64,000 nucleotides of DNA, taken from contig NMRA01000019.1 of the NCBI GenBank assembly GCA_002633005.1, positions 1,197,052 to 1,261,051 on the forward strand, written 5' to 3'. This stretch comes from Phoronis australis (Eukaryota > Animalia > Phoronida). The translations under genes were made by a program, and so were the position numbers. A model generated the notes under the pieces. The model searched no databases, was not told the DNA's origin, and worked only from the letters and a program-made list of their open reading frames with translations. Shown piece by piece: positions 26,830 through 39,800 of the stretch. How positions within the stretch are numbered: the first letter of the stretch is position 1; each line of letters begins with the position of its first letter.

Positions 26830-26921
26830 CTATTTTTACCCAATCAGCAGCAAGCCATTGGTAAAGTGAAAAATAAAGTGGTTTAACATTTTATTTTCAG
26901 ACACAGATTACATGACGTAAG

Positions 26922-27602
26922 ATGCCACAACTTAACAACAGGAAGTTGATACGAGATATGAACAATGTCCCCATCGGTAAAGGGTCGCTGTGCAACGCAG
27001 TGTACGACATCAGTCGAGAAACTAAACGTAGAGCCGAGAAAATGAATGAAAGTGAGGCGTACCGATTTCAAACGGTAGCACGGCATATAGATCGGTCACA
27101 ACACACGATGGATGTGATGCAGGCACGCGCCATACAGCGAGTTCATAAGACGTTGAATCAGATGAACGCGTACCGTAAAGTTCTGAATCAGGATTACAAG
27201 GTGGATAACTTTTCAACAATGAAGTTTGGGTTTGACGTGAACAACGTTAACACTCCAGCGAGTAAACGGAGGTTGAAATTCGAAACCAGAATTTACCATT
27301 CAGGATTCAACATGAAAGTTTTGAGGCCAGAAATTGAACGCAAATTGCAAGAATTGGACCCCGTCGTCCAAAGACAGAAATTGCAACAAAAAATGATTGA
27401 ATCCTGTCGCAGAGCAAGTCTTGGTGCTTCCATCGACAGAAAATTGTCTACCTCAGCAATTCTATCAAGAAACCGATCTTCCACAAGTGGCGAAGTTCTA
27501 AATGTTAACACTGAAGCACCTTCGGACACGGACTTAGACGAGCAGTCTATAAATAAAATTCTTTCAGAAAATTTGAACGAAAGTAAAGAAACAGCAAAAT
27601 AA
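26922..27602 (+). CDS. Uncharacterised 226-aa protein, single coding exon, helical N-terminal half and S/E/T-rich tail
   Basis: Longest uninterrupted ATG-initiated ORF in the window, with natural composition. Strong acceptor TTTTATTTTCAG at 26889-26900 just before AAG-ATG; ATTAAA/AATAAA at 27781 and 27789. Confidence 0.75.
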   Translation: MPQLNNRKLIRDMNNVPIGKGSLCNAVYDISRETKRRAEKMNESEAYRFQTVARHIDRSQHTMDVMQARAIQRVHKTLNQMNAYRKVLNQDYKVDNFSTMKFGFDVNNVNTPASKRRLKFETRIYHSGFNMKVLRPEIERKLQELDPVVQRQKLQQKMIESCRRASLGASIDRKLSTSAILSRNRSSTSGEVLNVNTEAPSDTDLDEQSINKILSENLNESKETAK

Positions 27603-27818
27603 TAGAAAAATTAAACGAATTTTGTTGAAATTACTTTTCAGTTATATAATGTTCCATACAACTGCGCTGAGGATATACACAAGACAATGAGATCTTGAAG
27701 ATTAACACAGGACTCAAAACACATGAACGTTGTTCCGTTTATTGTATAAGCCTGTGTGTATAAAGTTTTACACCCTTTTAATTAAAAAAATAAAACATTA
27801 CAATCCATATCAAGACAT

Positions 27819-30800
27819 TCACGTTTTCAAAAGACTTTGAATGAACTCCTCGTAACAAATCTTGCCGTCCATATTGGAATCAAACTCTGTCAGTATATGA
27901 TAGAGGTCGTCCTGTGTCAGCCGTATCCCACAATTCTCTACCACCGTACGGAACTCCGCCACAGTGAGATACCCCTTCGTGTCGCTGTCCATCTTTTTAA
28001 AGGCGCGTCGCAAGCTCTTCCACTCCTTGACCATCTATAAAAAGAGAGCATATACTCGACACATGTCCCGTAAAAATGAAGCGGACCCTAAACTCTAACA
28101 GCTCGATGGCTGAAAGTAGATCAGCTGGGGTAAAAGGTTACAAAAAGTTGCTTCCTTTTTTAGATTAAGGTGGGGTTTCGAATTTCATTGCCCTTGAGAA
28201 ATTCACTCACTAATATACGGTACGTTTTGCAGTGGAGGATTTAGAGAGGGGTCAAGGGGGCCATGGACCCCACTAAATCTCTCCCAGATTCCATTTGGCA
28301 ATGATTCGGAAGTTCGAATGTCTGACGGGCAAAAATCCTGGCTAATACTCTGCCCTGGCCTCCCCCCAACTAAAAATCCTGGATACGCCCCCGTTATGTG
28401 CCTGATAATTATACAAATGAACCTGGTATGTGCCTTTAACTTGAAAGGGATGTTTTTGAAAACACCAAAGTTGCAACTGCAAGCAACAGCAGAGAAAACA
28501 AAAAAGGAAATGACTGTTCTTTCCTACCATTGTTATTTCTTGATTTTTATAGACTAAAGTACATTGCACTAAAACTCTTGTTTGGGTTCCATAAACTTTA
28601 AAAACGATGTGTACTTGAACTTACAACGACAACGCAGCCAACAAAAGAAACGCAAGAGTATAGCAATAGCATACTACAACATCGGACAACAGCAGATCAA
28701 ACCTTTTCTCTAATTCTCCTAATGACTTGATCGACCGTGGGGTGGTCTGCAGCCCAACTACATGCCGAAGATTGCTACAAGTTGTAAACAGCGTGAATAT
28801 TTGAATTTAGTTTTAATACTTGGTAGATGTTTGAGTGCTTCTCATGCTCAATGTTACATAATTTTCACATGTTCACGTTCCTTCAAACAATATAAGAATG
28901 GGTACAAACAATGAACAAGTGGAATCAACAATTGGTCGGACTTCAAAACCACTTGCACGGACTTCAACTAGTCGGCTGGACTGCAATTCCAAAACCAAAT
29001 AGCCGGTGATCAAACGTGTTATGCGACTTCAAAACGCGATGACCTCATCCAAAAATCTAGTTGGTTGGACCCCGGCCGATGATCAAGCACGACGGATGGA
29101 CTTCGTCAGAGACTCGCTTTGAAAGTACAGCGGCCACTGTGCTTGCGCACCGGCCAACACGTTTTAGTTCCGGCCAACCAGTTTTTTGGATGCGGCCATC
29201 TGGTTTTGAGGTACCGGACATCGCGTTTTGAGGTCCGACCACCAAATTTTGCAATCCAGCCAGTTGGTTTTGAAGACCGATCAATTGTTGAGCTCACCCC
29301 CCCCCCCTTGATTAGCTTTGCAGCATTCAGCTTGTGAAGTAATGATACTTCTGCCTGGCGTGACTTGACAAGATGGACACATGCTACCCCGGAGTACGTA
29401 AAATATAGTTCATTTTCTTAGAAGTGCATTTACAGAGGCGGATCTACAGGGGGGNNNNNNNAACCCCCCCCCTTACTGAAATCGTAGATCTGCCACTGAT
29501 TTATAGACACTAACTAATTCTTTTTTCATAGGACCCACGATAGATTGGATTAAAGTATCGTTTGAATCCCTGGTAGCAATCAAGTTTATGAAAATACCAC
29601 TTAACATTAATCTCTTGTTTATTCTCTGTGTTGCTCAGTGTCTTCCTTTTGAAATATCGTTCAACATTTGCAGCCAATGTCTGAGTGAGTGAAGTATACT
29701 CGTTTGTCAAATGTTGTTGGATTCTTAGCATTTCGAGAAATGAAAGAAACATTTTTAAGAGCCTTGAGGTTGTTTAAGGAGAATGCCACCCAAAAAAAAC
29801 AACCTCAGTCTAGATCGAGTGGCTCCACTCCGGCGATAACAGCAAGTTCAGTTGTTTTGCCTGACACCTAACGGCAGACGGAGGTGTTGAAATTAACCAA
29901 GGACTTAATCGGTTCGAACGCAGTCTGTTCAGCCGTTCACAACACGCTTACTGGAGTCAACTTATCGCTTGAATTCATCGTTTTACACGAGTAAATCATC
30001 AAAATTCGATGTAAACCCCATACAAGTGCATCAAGTTCTTGGACAAACGTGTTGTTTTATTTCACTGTTATGAATTTATAGGTATTTAGACGTACCGTAT
30101 ACGTAGCCTACAGAGTTAGGTCAATGGTCCGGATCGCGGGAGTTTGGGTCGGTTTGGTGATAAATTCGAATCATTAAATACAGACAGGGGAAAATAGCTG
30201 TGTGTCGTACTTTTGGACTTGCGATTTTTTTAGTTCTAAACACACAAAACGCTTGTTACTGAGTCCCCGCCGGCCGGGACTGGACATCACGAACATAAAC
30301 CAGCTTAAGTTGGAAACTAAACCTCCAGTCACGAAAAAGACTATAATAGTGAGCCAAAAAAAAATAATGTGCACGTAATCATTTAGGTGAATTAGCCACG
30401 AAACTGAAAATCTACTTACTTGTCGGGGGCCGCGAAGTCAGGTTCCCCTTCCGCAGAACTTTCAGGGCAAAGGTTGTACAGTAACCATGATTTGAATAAT
30501 GTATTTGTATATCTAAATAAAGATTGCCCTAACATGTGACCATAGGATATAAATTCGAGTTATTGTTTCACAACAGCTTTCTGTCAGCAAACACTGAATT
30601 AGCATGCGCTCACACGGCCTCTGTGCCCGCGGGTCAATTACCTTTATTGCATCAGAAGCCGGTAACGCAGTGGTTTATTCATTGCTGGCTTCTAAAACAT
30701 TTCCACTCACGAATACTCCAAAGGCATTACAAATTGTATCTAATGAGACAGACTTTGTTTCAGTTTTATATAAGTATTGTTTGGGGTGACATTAATTCAT

Positions 30801-33800
30801 TTTGAAACAGAACGCAGAATAATAAACGTCTACATGGCAACTCGCCCGGCGCCAAACCCGACTTAGTCGAGAGCTCATCCGACGAAGACTTCGTGCGTCG
30901 GATCGTTAGGTTTCACAGGCTATCACTTCGAACCGGAATACACTGATCAAGAAATACTAGAGAGACGCCGTGAATATGCACAGGCAACGCAACGTATGAA
31001 TAGTTCTTTAGTTAGCCGGAATTCGTCAGAGAAATCACTGTCGACGAAATACCGGCCACAGACATGGAGATGTTTCAAGGCCTCATACTTGCAATTAACA
31101 GCGTACTTTTCATTCTTCACTACCGCGAGCCACTTCCTAAGCACTCCGGGCTCTCGAGGAAGTCGAAAAAAACTATATACCCGCTTTCTTCGCAGCTTCA
31201 TAGCTCGGACAATCGGGAACGATGCACCGCAGTATAGTGGCATTCACTCTGCAGATGAACCACTGACGTTGCTGCGTCGTTTCTCACCTTCCTCACTGGT
31301 TAACTCGACACCTCTTGGCAAGGTGAAGTCGACCGTATATAAGCCGCGATGTGGATATAGACCGATTAAGACGGTAGAAAAGAGTAATTAAATCGGGTGG
31401 CATTCTCCTTTAAATTTAATTTCAGCAATGAAAAGGCGGAAGCTGTGCCAGCTATTCACCAATGTAACCTCCAGCCGACCTCGATAATTCCCTGTTTGAA
31501 ACCTACACCTTCTGTTACCATCCTCTTCAAAAATAGTATTATTTGCACCCAATCGGAAATCTTTCACCGGCCACAACGTCTTTATCACATTTGAATCTAA
31601 AATAACTTTTTCAAATTATAGAACACCAGTGGTTTTCCTACCCGTTGTTGCAGTTTGTGGGTTACTTTGTTATATGTTAGCTCTCCTGACGTGCTGGAGC
31701 GACGTGATACGGATGTCGTCTCCTTAGCAGGTTTGTTCATCGTAAGTTCCACAGGCTGACGTTTAGCAGACTTGCGTACTGTGTAGCTTTCCATGAATGG
31801 CATGTAATGGAACCTAAAAGGGTGGATTTGGATTAAATTCGTTTTCAAACAAATGTTCTAGGAAAACAAAACGAAGGATAGATGGAGAAATAGAGTGTCT
31901 CCGCTCAACGAGAAGCCATAAAACCTAACACATTATCCTTGTTGAGGATAAGTCGGCGAGTGCTGTAATTCTAGTAGATGATGACGTTTTCAAATGATGG
32001 CGATTAGTGTCAAACGTATTCAGAAGATCAAAAGCTTTCCGTCATTTTAAAACAATTCTCCTTCACCAACGCCTTCAACAGATGCAAGTTTATCAAACGT
32101 TTCCTTAGTTTTAATATTTAGAAATATCAGGACAAAATCTCCAAACGACAAAAATACTCCTATTTATTAAAGTCACACCAGGTAATTCTACGATGACGCA
32201 AGGCACTTACCTTCCGTTACCCTCGAAGTCAAATCGTTCACATAACGCTCGTACTTCGTCTTCCGTTAGATTGAACTCAAACGTATTCATGCACTCCTAC
32301 GTTGACATGAAAAATAAAGACATTGGATGCAGATAGACATACAGTCAGTTCACGATTTGCTTCCTTTTGTGCCATACTAAGCGTTGCCCCCCATTTACAG
32401 ACAAATATTGCAACAAAAACTAACTGGACTAAACAATAACCGTACGATATGGAAAATTAAATAGGATGCTTGCGTCTGAAGGAAATCAATCGAGAATGCA
32501 TGTTCGGCGGAACACTACAACTAAGCCAATGACAGTGTTCGTGGAGAGGTGCTGGAAAACACACTCTCTACGAGGATGTACTTGAGTGTTAGTTCTGATC
32601 TTGCGAATTTTGAACATATTGTACGTCAAATGTGGTATGCAGAGGTAAATTGGACAGCAGTTCGGTTACCTTGACGTCAAGAACCGGAACCGTAGCGCTT
32701 CCTTCTGGGTCGAGTTGGCGAAAGATAAATTTCAGATGTTCCCAGTTTGCAGTGACCTAAATGAGATAAGATTTTATAATCTTAACTGCTTTTAAAAAGG
32801 TTACCTTACCAAAGATGAAACAAATCTGTTGGCAAGCCACAGACCCCTTAGTCAATTTAATAATTTCAAATTCTGTAATAAATCTGATTTTAAGCCTATC
32901 TACGCTTTAGTGACTCAAGCGGGGCTTACGTCATTTCGTATTTTCTCCATTAAGTTGTCTACGATCAAGGATTTTTGCCCAATTCGCTCCAACTTCAATG
33001 ATTCGACGGGTGAAAAATGAGGAATGCCTTTTGGGTTGACTTTCTCTTCTACTGGTGGCGACGCTTCTGAAACAGTTAAGAGTTCTTTACAACTTTTTCC
33101 ACAGTGTTAGACTTTGAACAACTAGCAATGCAAATTCTCAATAAAACCATTTTGCTTTTATTTTTCAATGTTTCCCTAGGTTTTTTCTTGATATTTTTGA
33201 ATCCACAGACATAAGAAAACGCAAATTCGATACATGCAATACTTCTGTACCGATAACACCGTGTGCCAAGCGTGATACCTTCAGTTTGTTTGACCTTGAT
33301 CTACACTTTGGGCGTTTGATTGTTATCTTTTCCAAGAATGTACACATGTCAGCAAGTTACAAATCATGACAAATGTACAAATAGTAGACCTGCTTCCTTT
33401 ACCTTCTTTTTCCTCCATTGTCTGGTTGTTGTTCGTTTCAACATACGCCTGGGGTATCTGTACGATTTCTATTTTTGGGACACTGGCGTTTGCAGCTCGC
33501 TCCATGTTATGCACGCTTCCTTTTTGCTCGGTTACAAATCCCAAGAACTTGGTCCACGTGAACAGACCATCAGTTGCAACGTCGAAATGTTTAAACAGGC
33601 GGTCCACTTCTTGTCTGATAAGGGTCACACCAATACTGGAATAAAGACAAGGTATTGACCTCCCATTTTTAATAATATGAGTGAGAACATTAATTGTCAA
33701 CCCACAAACGGTTACAGGATAAGTGCGGATCCAAAAGGGATCCAGCGGGCCCAGACCTCTCTTTAATGGTGAATCTCCAGTACTTTCACTGTCTCGTCAC

Positions 33801-36800
33801 AACCCTCTATGTAGGTGGGGCTTCAAGAAATTATCACGAATTCCTAGAGATGCGCTCAAGCATTTCATTCTCTTGAACTTAGTAATAATCATTGAACACG
33901 CAACTCACCGTTCCAAAACCTTAACAAGTTGCTCTTTTCCAAGCCGACCGGTCATTTTAGGATCGAGTTGTTGGTAAGCCTGTAAAATAAGATGGTGCAA
34001 GTATAGTCTGTGGTTAATTGGTTGGCTCTTCACAGAAAACAAAACACTGCCTTATTTCTGGCGTTTCGTGTCGTTGTTTCGTGTGGGACTCGAACTCTTC
34101 ACAAACAAAGGAGGCACTAGAATGTACGCATCCTCATACGGGTGCTTTAGTAAAACTACAATCGCTCTCACCAGAACTTCCGTTACGTGGTGCTTCTGGA
34201 ATAGACGCACCACGGGAAGGGGGAAATTAAGTAAATGGTTGAAAATAGCTCAAACAGGCCTTGCTTACCTTGCTACATATGCCAACTTTGGTTTTCATCT
34301 CTTCCCTCAACAAATCAAGGATCTGAAATTGCAGAAATTGCAAAAACATAAACTAGAACTGTTGGATTTCGTGTTGTTCGTGAAGTGGTTCACGAGAGCT
34401 AGCTGAAGTGGCGATTGGTTGATAATGAGATTTTCTTGCTGTCCAAGATATTAACACGAGCAAGTATGTCTAACATTGTGCTTTCTATAAACACATATAA
34501 ATTAGTTGCTTTTTAAATAACAGTGAAAGTGGAATTGGCCATACCTGTTCGACAGATCGACCTTTCTGAGATTCCAATATTTCTTTTTCTTTCTCTTCTT
34601 GTCGAAGCTTCGTCACTTGTGACGGAGTGTCAATCCTGTCGATTTTACTCACAAGATATCCAGCTTCTCTCTTTTTATTCCATACTCCGGGCCTACAAGT
34701 AATTACGCCACCCCATATATAGCGCACAGTGCTCGCTAATGATAACGGTGAACGGTAAATAGCTTTCTACAGGGATGATTTTTGAAACATTTGCGTTCAC
34801 CCAGGGTAGTCATCTCGCTGGTTCCCTGCGTGCCTAGCCAGCGCGTGCTGGCAACTGACCACCTAGCGGCACGCTGGGAACCACTCATGGTAGTCTTTTT
34901 CTAGTTTGGCTTTCAACTTTGACTGCAGCAGATTTACTGATCTAGTAGCAACAAGTAAACTTAACTCGAATTTATTCACAAGAATGTTTCATTGCCATAC
35001 CCTGCTGTTATCTTGTTCATGAAGTCCGTGTATGGTACTAATCCATCCTCGTCCAAACCGATCTGTTCTCTCATTTTTTCCCAGTGGCGGTCTTTGATGC
35101 GCACCATCAAGCAGGACTCTAGAATCCTTCGGAACTCCATCTGCGTCACCACACCCATGCCGTACTGATCCAAACTCCTGAAAGAATAGTAAAAACATAG
35201 GAAGAAGTATCCCTTATGTTGTTAATTTGCCCGTCGTTTGGCGCTACGATCGTTATTCCATGAATAATTGCTTTGCTTAATATTTGCATGTTCTTGGTCG
35301 TCTGGTCCATCCTTATAAAACACTTAAAATATTTGTCGCCGTTTGCTTTACATCTTCTAAGTCATGGGCGGATCCAGGATTTTGAGATAGGGGGACACGG
35401 CGGAGTATTAGCCAGGATTTTGCCCGTCAGACATTCGTACCCCCGAACTTCCATATGGAATCTGGAAGAAATTTAGGGGGGCCATGGCCCTCTTGCCCCC
35501 CCCCCCTTAAATTCGCCACTGGAGGGTTGCTTTAGTTGCCTGTTGCTGCATGTTTTGTGCTTCTTGGGAGAGAAAAACAAAGTTCATCCACAAAACTTCA
35601 CCATTGTGTTCTAGGCTGGATCCTGTGGCACGAGGAGATTGAACCTCCTCCTGCAGCGTTCGAAACACTTGCGGATTAGGTAAACTTTGAAAAGGAATTT
35701 TGACACTTGTTCCAGACTTTTGAGAATTGACGGTCATTTTTTGGAAATTTTTAAATCACATAAAAATATTTAGCAGCAGTTCATATCTCTAGCTCATATA
35801 AGCCAAAACGGCTCTTATGTCTTTGTTAAATGTGCTACGCAAATGTCGCTAGTCTTTCAAGAGACGACCAGCTAGCTACGTTCGTCTAGTGGATACAGTG
35901 GTTAAATTGTCCACGTGAAGAATTTTCGAACCATAGCTTTTTTCCGCTCTGCAGTTAAAGGAAAACTTGCATGGAATGTGGCGTTATTTTCAGAGGGTAT
36001 AGTCAGTTTTGAAGAAGTTCTTTAACTTGGCACTTACTGTAAACTCCCGATCATCTTTAGAAAATCTTTATGAAGAAATTCAACAAGTTTAGCCTCCAGT
36101 TGCTCAGCTGACAGTGGCTGGGTGTTGGCGAAGTCGGCATTCTCACTGAAGCTAAAATTATTAATAAAACTTTCAATATTCAGAGAGTGGAAAAAATCAT
36201 GGCCGTGTCTTTAAATTTCTGTTAGGATCCTTTAAATCTAGTCCTGGGACAGCAGACACCGAAGCCCCGGGATTGGAATTTGGTCACCGAATGAATGCGG
36301 AGGATTTTCGATGCGTATCTATTTGTATCATGTGTTTGATTTCTGCTTGTCCAAGACTGGGGTTTAGAACATCGTTAATGAAATTTAGTGGCGTGGTCAC
36401 AACAGTGTTTGTACCCCTAGATATTACACCACAGTCATTCCTATGTACCATATGAGTATGTGCTGCACAGATAGAAACATGTGTTAACAGTAGGATATAA
36501 TATACAGAGTATCGATACAAAAAGTACACCATATGAATATTAAAAGTATCAAGACTTTAATAAAAATGTAATTTTCGTGTTTAATTTAAAAAAAATATTC
36601 TTTATAAAAGTAAGACATGGTATTTAACACTCGAGTACATATGAAGACCAAAGACATAGCTTTATAAATTTACAAGTCGAGCTAGAATCTTATTAGTACT
36701 TACACGTGGAATCGGTCGTTGACTATGCGGAACACCATACCACCTTGTGATCGATTTGAGAATTTTGCCAGAAATGCACGATAGTTGATTGTCCCATTTC

Positions 36801-39800
36801 TAAGTTTAATGTTCCCTCTGTAACGAAGAACGCGTTTCAACGCATTATTTCAACAGTGCCAACAAACTACGGACTGGCATAATGAAAATATTTACAAAAC
36901 AATGGTTATTTAAGTGAAATGCGAACTGGTTACCTGGAGAGAAAGTATTCTAACTCCGTTGCCGTGACGTTCATTCCATATTCACTTAGCACTTTTCTGA
37001 AGTCAACGCGAGATACGCAGTTGTCGGCGAGAAAGTCAAATGTTTCAAACGCCATCTGTAGTTGATTGTAAGGTTCGTCCAGCTGAGAAAAATAGAGTAA
37101 GTAAACTTAAGGTTATATAAGACCTTATTGACAAGACTGTGTATTTAGACAAATTTCTACAAAATCATAGGTTTTAATTTAGTAAAGGTATATATTTTTT
37201 GAAAGTAGAAAGTCTCTAGAGTTTCGACTTTTTATCACTCTTTCATTATTTGTGTCACGTGACCATGTCTTTTTCTTAAAATTCAGCAAAAACGAAAGGT
37301 ATACCGGTATTCGGATAGCAAAACAGCGGTATCAGTCACATGATCAAATTTTACTTGAGATCTCAAAAGCATTGTTGCACTTTTCTGAAGTTTTATTTTG
37401 TTATCGTTTTATGCAATCTTAGAGTAATTTTCATGAAAATCATGAATGTTCTTTTGATAACCCTAAAGTAAAAGTGGAACATTTTAAAAATAACGTCTAA
37501 TATCGTCTTGGAGGACAACGTATAAAGCATAGTATATGAAAATCTCATATGAATCTGGTGAGTCGTTTTGAGATGTGATATACTAAAAATGTCCAAACTT
37601 GAACATCGTTCTAGGGTCCAACCTTAAGAGATCAATCATAGAGTCAAACTGAAATGAGAAACAATCACCATACGGTATTTACACTTATTTCGTCGTTATG
37701 ACAGCAAAGCTTACACTCGAGGAAAAGGCGTCCTTTTGCAGTCGATGAAAATAGTACCTATATTCCTACCTTGAACATGACCTGATCCAATATATTGTCC
37801 AGCTGTTTTATTTTGGCTTTTCTCTTCGGCACCGCTAGATGGCTCGGTTGTTCTTCCTTTGCTTTCCCATCGTCCCCTGGAGAAGTCTTGCTCCTCCGAA
37901 TAAATGGTGCAGCTTTTGAGTTACCGGAAGTGTCGAGGTCTAGCAGTTTGAACAGGAATTTCGGCTTCAGAGATCCAACGCCCTCTAGGTCGAATCTGGG
38001 AAGTACGATGTTGACAGGGTTAAAATTTTCTCTGTTATCCTTGTAATGACAAAAAACATCAGTAAGGAGGTCATTATCATGGCTTCCAATTTACTTCCAG
38101 TTAATCTTCTTAGAGACTAGAAACGCATGGCAAGCAATATTTACGCAATATTAAAAATGAACAGTTGGGCGCTACAGAGTTTAAGTTCATTTTGATAGGC
38201 AGTATCATCTGTGTTTACCACCAGGTGTCGCACGTGATAATGTTAAAACGCAATGCAAAACGAGAGGCTAACGTACCTGGCCCAAAGCTTCCTGAATTCG
38301 TCGTCCGTCAGACGATACCCAAGGATAGCCACGGCTTCTCTGAATTGTGGCGGTAGTATAATGCCATCTTTCTCTAGGCATGAGGCAGGAAAATAGTCAC
38401 GCAGACTGATTTCCCTGAAATATAATAATAATAATGATAATGATAATAATGATAATAATAATGACAATGACAATAATAATAATAATGATAATAATGACAA
38501 TAGTAATAATAATAATAGAATGATTTCATAATTAATCTCGTTAAGTTTCTTCTAAGCCCCGTTGCAGATTTGTTTCACTTTTAATTCTCGGGCTCATTAA
38601 TTTCTGTTGTAAAAATACTTTGTTTTACCACTGAATTTTTTGTCGTTTTACAAATAAATATTTGAGTCGCTCACTGAAGGTTGCGCGAGGAGAAACGAAG
38701 TTTTATTTAATGTACACCTTACTTATTCTTTTACCATATATGTCAACTTACCCTTTACTCGCCTTTGCTTTTAACAGAGCTGACACGTACGAAGCAGGTA
38801 CAAACTGTTCCCGAGGAAAAACTAGCTTATCTCTCAGATGTTCTTCAGGATGGCTCCGAGACAAGTAAATGTCTTTTGGATTAATAGGACGGATCCATTC
38901 GACTTCCTTGCTTCCGGCCTAAGAAATATATCGTTTTTATTGAGAGTAACTTTGTTTGTGATGTCGAAAAGGAAATGGCTTGAAGATAATAAAAGGGAAA
39001 TAACCGAATGTGATCCGAATCACCCACGATATTGTTTGGAACAGAAAGTGAAATTACCTTGTTTGGTTTGAAATAACCAATGAAATCTTCAAACGAGACG
39101 GTCTTCGCGTGACGCAGCCCTATTCTGCAAGGAAATGTACAAAAATGTTACAGGAGTTGATGGTGCTAGGGATGACAATATATACCCATGCGGAGATGGA
39201 CGAACATTGTACAGCGTAAACTTATCTCTCAGTGTGCATCACTAACTAGTCACGCGACACAATGATGTAAACAAGTTTCGGGAAACGTATGTTTCGGAGT
39301 AAAAGATGGAACGCAATTTTTAATAAATCACTTGTGAACATTTGACAATCTTCGGTAAGCCATTTTTTCTAATATCTTGACTAAGAAAAATATTTTACTA
39401 TTTTATGTATACACATATAAGTTAATGTCAAGAACTTAGATTTGTGTGTTTTTTACTTAGTTTATGAACTTCTTGTCATAAAAACAGCTGGAGAATTTTG
39501 ATATTCATGAGGCGTATCAGATTGTCCCTTCCACTTAAAATTATTTGCACATTGGAACAAAAAGTCTTCTTAAATAAAGCTTGCATCTTGTCGGCATGGC
39601 GCTAGATAATGTTCCAATGTAAATACTTCTTTGCATTTGAGACTGCCGTTAATGGTATCTACGTGTTTGCAACATAAATTTAGGCGCGGTTTTGTACAAA
39701 TATATGAACCGTTGTTCCTAACCCATACCATTGTAAGAATGTTACACATCTCTTTTCGTGTAAATGTGCTTAAAATAGACTTTTCTGTTCAACGGAAAGA

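Noticed and set aside
30996-31391. 131-aa plus-strand ORF
   Set aside because: It is the antisense shadow of the THAP remnant, with no independent coding signal.
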